In this document: positions 30,038 through 39,111 of the stretch, piece after piece
Position numbering within the stretch: the first letter of the stretch is position 1
Layout: each line of letters starts with the position of its first letter
Sequence record: PP886230.1
Length of the DNA: 64,000 bases
Strand: one strand, 5' to 3'
Made by a program: the position numbers and the translations under genes
Notes under the pieces: model-generated
What the model was told of the DNA's origin: nothing
The model's input: only the letters and a program-made list of their open reading frames with translations
Database searches by the model: none

Positions 30038-32179
30038 TTATGGTAGGGTTATGTAAGTTACGGGTTGGGCAGCTTTTAATGCTGCACCAGCGGCAGTTGC
30101 TGTTATGATAGGATCTGCAATATCAATTCTATATACGTTGTTTACAACATACACTGCACGAGTTATATACGTTCTCAAATCACCACCATTTTCACCAGCA
30201 CCGGATATAATGATCTCAGTACCAGCAGCTTTTGCATATTGGTTTTCACCCCATGACACACCCAATGCTTCTATGTATGTTTGTCCTGCTACCGTTTGTC
30301 TAATTGTGTCATATTTTCCGAAAAAAGAACCACCAACAGTTACAATATATTTTCCACCCGATTGTTTATGAATAATCGTGCCTTCAGAGAAATAGCGTCC
30401 CCCAGGAAAAGTATCGTATGGAATATAATATTGCTCAACTACAGGTATCAGTACTGGGCCACGGTGTCCTGTACCATCGATTGCAGTTGTAACTTTAAAG
30501 TTATTAGATGATTGGTCTATTCTGTCTACATACATTTTAGAAAAACTATATTTTGAAACATTACAATCATCTTGAACAACACAGTTAGTCCAATTAGTAT
30601 AAGTATATTTAGAGCGAGTATAGATACCACCACCTTCGCCTTCGGTAGAGAGGTGTTGACCAATTACATCTAATTCTTTAGTTCTAATATCACTAAATTT
30701 AGATGATGATGGCAAACCACGCCAAAGGATTTTAGAACAGGTGATATTGCTCAATTCTGTATTATTTAACCAATTATCAGAACCGGAAGTATAAACAAGT
30801 ATAGAAGACTCTGGAATATAGAGATTAGAAATTTTAAAGTTTCTAGGTGGTCCAGCAAAACGACCAGAAGTTACACCCCAGTTTATTGAAACCATTCTAT
30901 TTGTGATAGAAGGGTCATTAAGCAAATGACCAGTCAACCCATCAATAATGAATTCTTTCGAACCATAAGTTATAACACCAGCAGTGGTTAATCCAGTACC
31001 AACAGAAACTAAAGATGATGGATAAACTTCATTATTAAGTATTTTAAAGTCCATTCCTAATTCAACGTGGATACATTGTCTAACATTATATAGTCTGTTA
31101 TTTTTAATAACAAAGTTTCTGACATATTGTGTATCTGGTGCATCTAAACCATAAGGACCAGAACCAGCAACGCCAATACCAATGCCCCAGTTTGAAAGTG
31201 GGATTGGAGCGTTAGAACCATCAACGTTTTCAATTACGTTTCCTTCAATCACAAAACCATCAGGATAATGTGAGTTAATTACGTTTAGTTCAATTGCATC
31301 ACCATATATATCATGTATGTGGTTATATGAATATCTACCAACCTTCATTTTCTCACCAGTACCTTGTTGAAGAACACCATACTTACATTGGGTCATTTCA
31401 TTAAAGCAAAAATCTATTGTTCCTGGTTGTGTCATACCTTGCATTAAAAATGCAGCAGTACTTGTGATGTTTATAAATTTATTAAAATAAAACTTACCAT
31501 CGCCACCGAAGAATTTTAAATAACATCCAGTAAGTGTTGCAAATTGTATTTGGGAATTAATAACGGATACCATAGTACCACCATTACCAGTAATAGTTCC
31601 CCCAAACCAAGTTACATCTTCCAGGTATATTGCAGTTTTGATACGGTAATTACCACCAGCCTGAATTTGGATTTTATTTTCTTTAGCATAAGCAGCACAT
31701 AAATTTACAGCAGCAGTGTCATCAGTTTCGCCATCACCTTTAGCACCAAATTCTTCTGGTGTTATATAAAACTGGGCCTGTTGAACTGTACCTCCAGTAA
31801 TAAGTCCGATGAAATCGCCACCATTTTTACTGGATAGAACTTTTTTATTAATGTATAATGATTTTACCCATGTACCATTACTTTTTGCAAAAATATCAAC
31901 AATACCATCTTCATCAATTTGAAAATACGTATTATTGTTCTTTCCTACATCATCGGTAGGGGGTACAACACCAAATAATGCATTAGGGTTATCTTCAAGA
32001 TATTTTACGTTAACTGCTGAATTAGGGTCAGATGAAGTTCCTACCTTCAGTGGTAGGAACTGTTCTCCTAGATAATCTTTTATAGAAACTGAATCATTGA
32101 TAAAATTTATTGAAGCACCTTTTTTCCCCAATATGAATTTGGGCTGCATAGTTCCTTCAAAATTAGAAAATACTGCCAT
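30038..32179 (-). CDS. tailspike, WcaM-like beta-helix, probable colanic-acid depolymerase
   Basis: PEEFGAKGDGETDDTAAV spike motif; GDAIELNV, NWGIGIGVAGS, QYVRNFVI, RQCIHVELG, YGSKEFIIDG, PRNFKISN parallel recalled E. coli WcaM motifs. Confidence 0.8.
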   Translation of the reverse strand: MAVFSNFEGTMQPKFILGKKGASINFINDSVSIKDYLGEQFLPLKVGTSSDPNSAVNVKYLEDNPNALFGVVPPTDDVGKNNNTYFQIDEDGIVDIFAKSNGTWVKSLYINKKVLSSKNGGDFIGLITGGTVQQAQFYITPEEFGAKGDGETDDTAAVNLCAAYAKENKIQIQAGGNYRIKTAIYLEDVTWFGGTITGNGGTMVSVINSQIQFATLTGCYLKFFGGDGKFYFNKFINITSTAAFLMQGMTQPGTIDFCFNEMTQCKYGVLQQGTGEKMKVGRYSYNHIHDIYGDAIELNVINSHYPDGFVIEGNVIENVDGSNAPIPLSNWGIGIGVAGSGPYGLDAPDTQYVRNFVIKNNRLYNVRQCIHVELGMDFKILNNEVYPSSLVSVGTGLTTAGVITYGSKEFIIDGLTGHLLNDPSITNRMVSINWGVTSGRFAGPPRNFKISNLYIPESSILVYTSGSDNWLNNTELSNITCSKILWRGLPSSSKFSDIRTKELDVIGQHLSTEGEGGGIYTRSKYTYTNWTNCVVQDDCNVSKYSFSKMYVDRIDQSSNNFKVTTAIDGTGHRGPVLIPVVEQYYIPYDTFPGGRYFSEGTIIHKQSGGKYIVTVGGSFFGKYDTIRQTVAGQTYIEALGVSWGENQYAKAAGTEIIISGAGENGGDLRTYITRAVYVVNNVYRIDIADPIITATAAGAALKAAQPVTYITLP

Positions 32180-32193
32180 TATGACATCCTCCC

Positions 32194-33321
32194 TTAAATA
32201 TTATCTTGAATCGGTTGGATAGGAGCTTGCCATGAAAGAGTACAAATAATTTCCATTTTTCCATAAGGACTGTTGTTAACAGAATCGTTGAATACACATG
32301 AAATAATTTCATCAACATCGGATGCTGCATGATTAGTTTCATTAACAATAAAACGCATCTGACGATTGATATCAAAGTAGGAAGTTGGTGCAATTACAGT
32401 CCCACCAATATCTTCTTGTGCTTCACCACCAAAACGTACAAACATATCAGTTACAGGAAGAGAATAAGGTTGTATAACGTTTACATCAATATTAGAAACT
32501 ACATATCCAGCAGGACACGTACCAATAACTAATAGTGCGTTAGTCCATGAGCTATCTATTGTATTTCTAATAGAAATTGTATCTTTACCTGGTGCACCTG
32601 GTTCGCCTTGTATACCTTGAATACCTTGCTGACCTTCTTTACCACGGAATAGAATACCCTCACTCCACTCTTTTGAAGGAGGGGTAGTTGTAGTTACTTC
32701 ATCAACATAATATAGTTTTCCATCAGTGTTGTTATAAAAACAATAATCAACTGGAAGATTTTCAATACTTGGAAATTGATCACCACTGCTATCAATATGG
32801 AAACGACCACGCGGACCTTGTTCACCACGGAAAGGTATACCATCACTCCAAGTAGCAGTTACACTTTGATAGAAATAAAGTTTACCATCTTGAGTATTAT
32901 AAAATGTATAGTTATCAAAAAGACCAGTTGTTGGGAAAGTAGTTCCAGCACTATCAATGTGGAACGGCTTACCCGCTTCACCCGTATCACCTTTACCAAA
33001 CTCAACACTAATCCATGTACTTGTCGGATCTTGTGCATCATTTGATTTAAAGTATAGAGTACTGGTATTGTTAGCCAAGCTTAAGTAGCACCACCCAAGT
33101 GGTTCACCAACTTTAAATTGTTCGGAAGGAATTTCAAAACCAATCTCATTAGGATAAAAGTTTTTACCATTCTCGCCATTCTGTCCTACAACAAGACCTA
33201 AATCTTGAATTGTGTTATCTGCATAGGTTACAATTAAATGCCCAGCACCATTAATAACTAGACTTTTGATGCCGGAGTTATTACATGAACCACTGGACCC
33301 ATTGTTAAATGAAATTGTCAT
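32194..33321 (-). CDS. structural protein with short collagen-like (G-X-Y) segments
   Basis: GKEGQQGIQGIQGEPGAPGKD and two FHIDS.G..FP...Y.FYN..DGKLY repeats; AAGGG SD favours ATG 33321. Confidence 0.7.
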   Translation of the reverse strand: MTISFNNGSSGSCNNSGIKSLVINGAGHLIVTYADNTIQDLGLVVGQNGENGKNFYPNEIGFEIPSEQFKVGEPLGWCYLSLANNTSTLYFKSNDAQDPTSTWISVEFGKGDTGEAGKPFHIDSAGTTFPTTGLFDNYTFYNTQDGKLYFYQSVTATWSDGIPFRGEQGPRGRFHIDSSGDQFPSIENLPVDYCFYNNTDGKLYYVDEVTTTTPPSKEWSEGILFRGKEGQQGIQGIQGEPGAPGKDTISIRNTIDSSWTNALLVIGTCPAGYVVSNIDVNVIQPYSLPVTDMFVRFGGEAQEDIGGTVIAPTSYFDINRQMRFIVNETNHAASDVDEIISCVFNDSVNNSPYGKMEIICTLSWQAPIQPIQDNI

Positions 33322-33357
33322 AATATTTCCCTTGTATGAGTTAATGTCATATACCAA

Positions 33358-33399
33358 TATTTATCAGTACAAAATACATTTCGTTATCATTAATAAATA
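33358..33399. promoter_or_regulatory. divergent pair of late promoters
   Basis: TAAATA on minus at 33358-33363 and on plus at 33394-33399, between divergent structural operons. Confidence 0.6.
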
Positions 33400-33431
33400 A
33401 ATGAAAGTTCACTACTAAAAGGGCTTAAACA

Positions 33432-33929
33432 ATGGCATTAAGATCAAAAGACTTTCTCTTCAGAAGAAAAACAAAAGATGGTTCATGGCAAGATTTTCCT
33501 GAATCTGATAGCTGGTATCCAGCTAACTTGGATTATCACTGGAATGAACAAACGTTACCACTCGCAAGTGGTGGCTACTATGGATGTACTACAGGTTTAC
33601 ATACTATTTCATTTACACTACGTAATTTTATTGGTAGAATTTATGTATTAGCTACATTAGCTAGTAATCCTACTGATGATGATTGGTTTCCAATTAAATT
33701 CACTGAAAGTTGTAATTATTATCTTGAATTTACTGATATGGTTATTTTAAATCCAAATGGTGGGGATTTAATTAGACAACAAGGAACTACCGGAACATTT
33801 GCTGAAACAGTAACTGGTAATTTTACTTACCTTAAAGTTGGTATAGACCGTGATTATATTAGTAAGTATCCATCAGATGTCCAAAAAAGTTTAGCTGGGA
33901 AGTTAGAACAAATTTTAATTAACTACTAA
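33432..33929 (+). CDS. putative structural protein
   Basis: late promoter upstream; beta-sandwich-like composition. Confidence 0.6.
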   Translation: MALRSKDFLFRRKTKDGSWQDFPESDSWYPANLDYHWNEQTLPLASGGYYGCTTGLHTISFTLRNFIGRIYVLATLASNPTDDDWFPIKFTESCNYYLEFTDMVILNPNGGDLIRQQGTTGTFAETVTGNFTYLKVGIDRDYISKYPSDVQKSLAGKLEQILINY

Positions 33930-33938
33930 GGATTAGAA

Positions 33939-34547
33939 ATGAAATTAGAAACAGAACAACCAAAACTATTTGTTAAAGGTCATGTCCTAATTACTGACGT
34001 TACTGATCCATCAAATCAAAAAATCGTTTTAGATAAATCTAACGCTATTCACCCTGAAAATATGAGTACTGCTATTGCTAATGCGTTAGCATATAATCAA
34101 GACAGTACTGGTATTCCTATTGGTTCTATTAGCGAGATGCGTTTTGGTAATGGTGGTACAGTAGTTTTAAGTACTGGTCGTGTTACTTATAAAAAACCAC
34201 GTGTTACATCATTTGGTGGTTTATATTCACAAACATATTTGAAAAAAATCAACCCAAGAATTACGGCAGGTATTGATTCACAATACAATAATATTACAAC
34301 TGTACATATACCAGGACAGTCCTATACTGATATTGTATGTATTTGTACTCTAGGGTTAGGTGAACCATCCGACCAAGGTGTAAGCTCAGGGACAAGCATG
34401 GATGGAACTTATGTGTTTGATGAATTGGGATTATACACGGATGGCGATAGTGGTATTCCTTTAACCCATATCATTTTTCACCCAGTTGAGAAAAGTGCAA
34501 ACCGTGTCTTACAAATTAAATACACAGTTCGTGTACAATTACAATAA
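33939..34547 (+). CDS. putative baseplate/fibre-attachment protein
   Basis: KGHVLITD, MRFGNGGT, FDELGL, LTHIIFHPVEKSANRVLQIKYTVRV pattern typical of myoviral baseplate-associated proteins. Confidence 0.55.
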   Translation: MKLETEQPKLFVKGHVLITDVTDPSNQKIVLDKSNAIHPENMSTAIANALAYNQDSTGIPIGSISEMRFGNGGTVVLSTGRVTYKKPRVTSFGGLYSQTYLKKINPRITAGIDSQYNNITTVHIPGQSYTDIVCICTLGLGEPSDQGVSSGTSMDGTYVFDELGLYTDGDSGIPLTHIIFHPVEKSANRVLQIKYTVRVQLQ

Positions 34548-34559
34548 TGGGGACATATA

Positions 34560-35660
34560 ATGAGTGTTAATTATACAATTTATAGAAGTAATGGTAGTGT
34601 TTATGCTACCATTCCAAATAATGTTATTTTAGGACCAAACCAGCCCGGAAGTAACCCAGTTCCGTTAAATTTAGTTGGTAGAAATAAAGTAAGTTACGGT
34701 CAAGCATGGAATGAAAACTTTTTACATTTAGTTGAAAATTTCAGTTCAGCATCTGCACCACGTGGCAACGTCAATGGTCAACTTTGGTATAGAAACACTG
34801 GTAGTACTGGTGAGTTATTGATATCATTAGTTGATAATGCTAGACAACCTGCTGATATGGTAAGTGAAGCTGAATGGGCGTCTATCCCTATGATTACTGT
34901 TTTTAACACAGTACCTGATGGTGAAAATAGTGTTATGGGTCGTATGGTATTAACTAGTAACGGTGATTCTCTTCGTGTGTTAATGAAAAACAAAGAATGG
35001 CGTGAAATTCAAACATCTAGACCAGAAAACAAAGAGTATTCATCATTATTAGATATTAACTATGATAATGGTAAAAAATATATAGAGTTCACACAAAGTA
35101 ATAGTACTAAACCGATTGCGTATTTTAACTTAGGTGGTACTTCACAAGTAGATACAAATAACTGGACAACATTAACTAATGGTACAGGTGTCTTTGAATT
35201 TGGTAGCAACTATTTCTATGAATTAAAAATTATGATTAGAGAAGTAAATGATTCTTCTGGTGAGATAGTTTCTCTTCCATACAATTCCAAAACCTTTTTT
35301 ATAAAAGGGCAATTTTATGTAGATAATCAAGGAACTTTTGTTCCTGGTTCGGTGGGGGCAAGTCAAATGCCAGACCCACGTAGGATTACACAATTAGAAT
35401 CCATTAAAGATGTTATTACCAGTAGTCGCCCAAACTGGGACGTAAATATTGTTATTAATGGTGTAGATCCATCTATCCCAAATCCTAATGGAACATCTAA
35501 AGCTGATTATGAAAATTGGGTTATCAATTCTCTAAACTCAAATAAAAATTTAGGTTTTCGAGTTGATGGTAGCATTAGTAATCTAACTGCTGGTGAATCC
35601 GTTAAACTACAAGCATCCGTGTTGTTAAATATTACAGGTATTCCGATTATTGGAGTATAA
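34560..35660 (+). CDS. putative baseplate wedge / fibre connector protein
   Basis: LVGRNKVSYGQAWNENFLHLVENFSS...P....GQLWY motif. Confidence 0.55.
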   Translation: MSVNYTIYRSNGSVYATIPNNVILGPNQPGSNPVPLNLVGRNKVSYGQAWNENFLHLVENFSSASAPRGNVNGQLWYRNTGSTGELLISLVDNARQPADMVSEAEWASIPMITVFNTVPDGENSVMGRMVLTSNGDSLRVLMKNKEWREIQTSRPENKEYSSLLDINYDNGKKYIEFTQSNSTKPIAYFNLGGTSQVDTNNWTTLTNGTGVFEFGSNYFYELKIMIREVNDSSGEIVSLPYNSKTFFIKGQFYVDNQGTFVPGSVGASQMPDPRRITQLESIKDVITSSRPNWDVNIVINGVDPSIPNPNGTSKADYENWVINSLNSNKNLGFRVDGSISNLTAGESVKLQASVLLNITGIPIIGV

Positions 35661-35686
35661 AAAAAGGAGCCACACGGCTCCTTTTT
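35661..35686. terminator. bidirectional terminator
   Basis: aaaaaggagcc-acac-ggctccttttt between convergent genes. Confidence 0.85.
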
Positions 35687-35689
35687 GTT

Positions 35690-36154
35690 TTAATATCTAT
35701 ATGGTAAACTGTTGACAAACTGTGTACCTTCACGTATACTTTCCCATAGTGAGTAAAAATCTTTCATTAAGTTTGTGTTAAGTAAAGTATTTTTAGCACC
35801 AGGGTGTAATGGTTTAGGCCAAGAACCAATTCTAACCCAAGCATAACCAGAGCTTTCATGATTTAAAGTTGGTACAAATTCATTCTCAACTACAATAACA
35901 AATGAATAATATTTAAATTTACCATTTTTTGTACAAAATACATCAAACGGTATAATATCAATAATGTTAGGTATTGAGTCGCCCAACTCTTCTTTAATTT
36001 CTCGCATCAGACCTTGTAGTGGTGTTTCGTTATGTTCAAGCTTTCCACCAACAAATGCCCAGTTGTTAGAATAGGTACTTCTTTCAGAACGCAAGTTTAA
36101 CATCATATGTCCAGTACTTTTTGATAAAAATATAGCACCAACCGCTTCATTCAT
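35690..36154 (-). CDS. Nudix hydrolase
   Basis: Nudix box GGKLEHNETPLQGLMREIKEELG; ESSGYAW, PLHPG. Confidence 0.9.
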   Translation of the reverse strand: MNEAVGAIFLSKSTGHMMLNLRSERSTYSNNWAFVGGKLEHNETPLQGLMREIKEELGDSIPNIIDIIPFDVFCTKNGKFKYYSFVIVVENEFVPTLNHESSGYAWVRIGSWPKPLHPGAKNTLLNTNLMKDFYSLWESIREGTQFVNSLPYRY

Positions 36155-36167
36155 AACAACACCTCCT

Positions 36168-37511
36168 TTATTTGTCAGTGAAAGTTATTTTCCAATATCC
36201 CTGACGATACACTGGCATGATACTTTTATGCCATTTAAATTTGTCATTATATCTATAATAACCATTGTCTTCTTTATTATAAATGTAATTTCGTACAGTA
36301 GATGGATCAATTAATTGTGCACCGTCATTTGTAATTTTAAACAAATAATTTGATGGGATTTCGGTTTCTTTATAAATGATGTTATGTATACTGTTATTTA
36401 CATAATATTGTTCAGGTAATGCACTTGAAAGTACTGAATCTTTCTGCACAAACCCATGTATAGTGTAATCAACAGTATAATTGGTATTATCAAGCTGTAC
36501 TATAATTTTGTTGGCATCTTCATTTTCACCATACGACGCTATATGACCTTTTAGTGGGTTGTCTTCTTCAATAGATTGTTGAAATTTAATCCCTACTTTT
36601 TTGTCATCAAAATTTGGTTCTAGATATTTAAGATATTTTTCCCATGAATATATTCCACCGTTGGGAGAAACCGCAGATAGCGATTGGCTAACCAAGGTAA
36701 GTTGGTATGTATCAGGTAAATTATACTTGGAATTAGTAATTTCTTCAACTTTAATGCATAAATTCTTGGGTGTAAAAACATCTGTTATTATATCTGAATA
36801 ATTTCCCATTTCAAAATCAAATTCGTCACGAGCACCTTTAATATTTGTAGTAATCTGTTGGATTAATTTTGGTTTTTCAACAATAGCTGGTAAAGAAAAC
36901 CATATTGTCGTTTCAAATGTTAAAACCATTATATCCAAATCTGGGTCAGTTCCTTGTGGAAAACCACGAGTAGAAAACTGACAATCTATTAGTTCAACAT
37001 CACTAAGCGATGTCCAATCTAACGGGTTATCAGATAATTGAAGTTGTATACTAGGTGCAAACAAAGTTGAGATTTGTTCGAATAATTCCATTTTAGTTTG
37101 AGTTTGAGTTACCCAAATATTCAAATCAAACGTAAAAGTCCAAGGTACTGGGTTATGTCTTACAATTTTGTATTGTGTGTCAAGATCTTTTGTGTACTCA
37201 TTAATAGCAGGGGACTTGTTAGAACCCATTACTATAGTTTCGTTGGCATTAGAACGAATATTTTTACGATCCAACTTTAGTTGATTAACACTTATGGTCA
37301 TTATAGGTGCTGATGGGAGAACATTTTCACTATTCCCATTTATAATTGCTGCTGCCATTCTTGAAATATCGGCATAGCGACATGGAACCTTTTTGTATTT
37401 TGGGTTTCCATTAGCATCAATACCATTTTGTACTTGAAATTCACCAAAAACTCTGATAAGATGTTTCAGTACTCTGCGAAATTGACCGTCATAATAATAA
37501 TCTATTTTCAT
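36168..37511 (-). CDS. gp15: tail terminator / sheath stabiliser (T4 gp15-like) with C-terminal extension
   Basis: YYYDGQFRRVL...F, KVPCRYA, PVPWTFTFDLNIW...ELFEQI...FAPS, LTFETTIW. Confidence 0.8.
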   Translation of the reverse strand: MKIDYYYDGQFRRVLKHLIRVFGEFQVQNGIDANGNPKYKKVPCRYADISRMAAAIINGNSENVLPSAPIMTISVNQLKLDRKNIRSNANETIVMGSNKSPAINEYTKDLDTQYKIVRHNPVPWTFTFDLNIWVTQTQTKMELFEQISTLFAPSIQLQLSDNPLDWTSLSDVELIDCQFSTRGFPQGTDPDLDIMVLTFETTIWFSLPAIVEKPKLIQQITTNIKGARDEFDFEMGNYSDIITDVFTPKNLCIKVEEITNSKYNLPDTYQLTLVSQSLSAVSPNGGIYSWEKYLKYLEPNFDDKKVGIKFQQSIEEDNPLKGHIASYGENEDANKIIVQLDNTNYTVDYTIHGFVQKDSVLSSALPEQYYVNNSIHNIIYKETEIPSNYLFKITNDGAQLIDPSTVRNYIYNKEDNGYYRYNDKFKWHKSIMPVYRQGYWKITFTDK

Positions 37512-39001
37512 TCTGTGTCCTTATGTATGCGATAAACAGTATTAGGTTTAACTGCGTCATGTAATGGAACTTTGTTATCACTATTTACAAACTGTGTAAG
37601 TGCTAAGTCTGCACCTTCCCACGGTTTTCTTCCACCATAATCAAAAATAACCCATGAATTCTTAGTTGCATTGAATTCCCATAACGTAACTGGAGTATAA
37701 TCGGTGCGATAGAAATAGTCACCATCTACTGCATCAGTTGGGAACATATTTCCTTCAGGGACTGTACCTCGTGCTGGTGGAATTTTAGGACGATAATCTT
37801 GTTGCGAATCAATATTACCATATACACAATTGGACGTGAATGGTTCATTGACATAAGTTACCTTTGGTTCCCCCCACTTGTCATCATTATACTGATAAAT
37901 GTGTGGTTCTTTATAAAAAATACAAAAATCTTCCACATCTTCTGGTGGAACATCACTGGTAGTATATTCTACATCACAATTTAACCATTTTTTAGCACTT
38001 TTATCATATTGATACAACGTATAACCTGTCACATCTGCGTCATTTTCTTTAAAGAAGAAGTCACCATCCATTGGTTTTATGGGAAAGATGGTTCCACGCT
38101 TGACTTCCACAGAAATCCATGTATCATTAACAAACTCTTTGAGTACTGGGTATGTTTTTTTCAAAAAATACATTCCATCGGCAGGTTCTTCTGGAAAATC
38201 ATAACCGTTAAGCATATATTTTGATAAATCTACTGTATCAGGTCGATCATCATACAAATGTTCATTTGTATAATGAATATAGGGTACTTCATCATCAGCT
38301 TGCATGATGATACGGTTCATGATATCCATTTCATTGCCATAGTTACTGTTTTCCGACGAACCATCATCGGTATTTCCATTACCATTATTAGGGTCATCTG
38401 GATTATCAGGATAATTATTGTTACCGAGTAAATCGGAGTACTCAGGTGAGTCGGTTAGCGGTTTAACTCTAAGTTTATAAATGTGATGTTGCCACGTAAC
38501 CGAGTATCCCTCAGATGTACGAAATGCATCTTGGACGACATAGAAGCGGTTTAGACCTGTATCTTTACCCAATACATCAAAATCACGTAAATTTGGTAGT
38601 TCTATCACATCCCCTGGCATGATTTTTCTACCTAAACGCTGCATCATTGTATTATAATGGATTGTGATGTCCATAGTGTTGAAATTAAAGAACAATCCTG
38701 GGATTTTCAAGTCTGGAGTTGCTTCTTGAACTTGATAGACACAACTAAGTGTGATAGCTTCAAGGTTGTAGTTTCTGTTTGGTGTGTCACCAAAAATTAA
38801 ATCGCCAATACTTGACACAACTGATCCTGAAGATGTATAATCACCTCCATAGGATAAGTCAGTGTTGTCAGCAACTTGTTTTGGACCGACATATGCATAA
38901 AGCCACATGTCAACTCCACCAATGTTGTATTGTTCAGCAATGGCAGAATCAATGAACTTGTAATCATTGGTTCTACCTTTTTTCCACATTCTATATGTCA
39001 T
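37508..39001 (-). CDS. gp14: neck protein (T4 gp14-like) with repetitive C-terminal extension
   Basis: DYKFIDSAIAEQYNIGGVDM, DLIFGDTPNRNY, LGRKIMPGDVIELP; FP..P.DG.YF repeats; GGAG SD favours ATG 39001. Confidence 0.75.
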   Translation of the reverse strand: MTYRMWKKGRTNDYKFIDSAIAEQYNIGGVDMWLYAYVGPKQVADNTDLSYGGDYTSSGSVVSSIGDLIFGDTPNRNYNLEAITLSCVYQVQEATPDLKIPGLFFNFNTMDITIHYNTMMQRLGRKIMPGDVIELPNLRDFDVLGKDTGLNRFYVVQDAFRTSEGYSVTWQHHIYKLRVKPLTDSPEYSDLLGNNNYPDNPDDPNNGNGNTDDGSSENSNYGNEMDIMNRIIMQADDEVPYIHYTNEHLYDDRPDTVDLSKYMLNGYDFPEEPADGMYFLKKTYPVLKEFVNDTWISVEVKRGTIFPIKPMDGDFFFKENDADVTGYTLYQYDKSAKKWLNCDVEYTTSDVPPEDVEDFCIFYKEPHIYQYNDDKWGEPKVTYVNEPFTSNCVYGNIDSQQDYRPKIPPARGTVPEGNMFPTDAVDGDYFYRTDYTPVTLWEFNATKNSWVIFDYGGRKPWEGADLALTQFVNSDNKVPLHDAVKPNTVYRIHKDTE

Positions 39002-39003
39002 GA

Positions 39004-39071
39004 TTGTCTCCAAAATAAATCGGGTATATCTTTATTTACCTTGTAGACAAACCGTAAGAATGTGATATAAT
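39004..39071. promoter_or_regulatory. bidirectional element: minus late promoter (39033-39038) and plus TAGACA-N16-TATAAT (39044-39071); anti-SD arm for gp14
   Basis: TATTTA-N5-TAGACA-N16-TATAAT; ttgtctccaa (39004-39013) versus ttgtagacaa (39041-39050) is a 9/10 inverted repeat. Confidence 0.7.
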
Positions 39072-39111
39072 GTTTATTAATTAGAGTGACGTGAATCACA
39101 TAGGAGAATAC

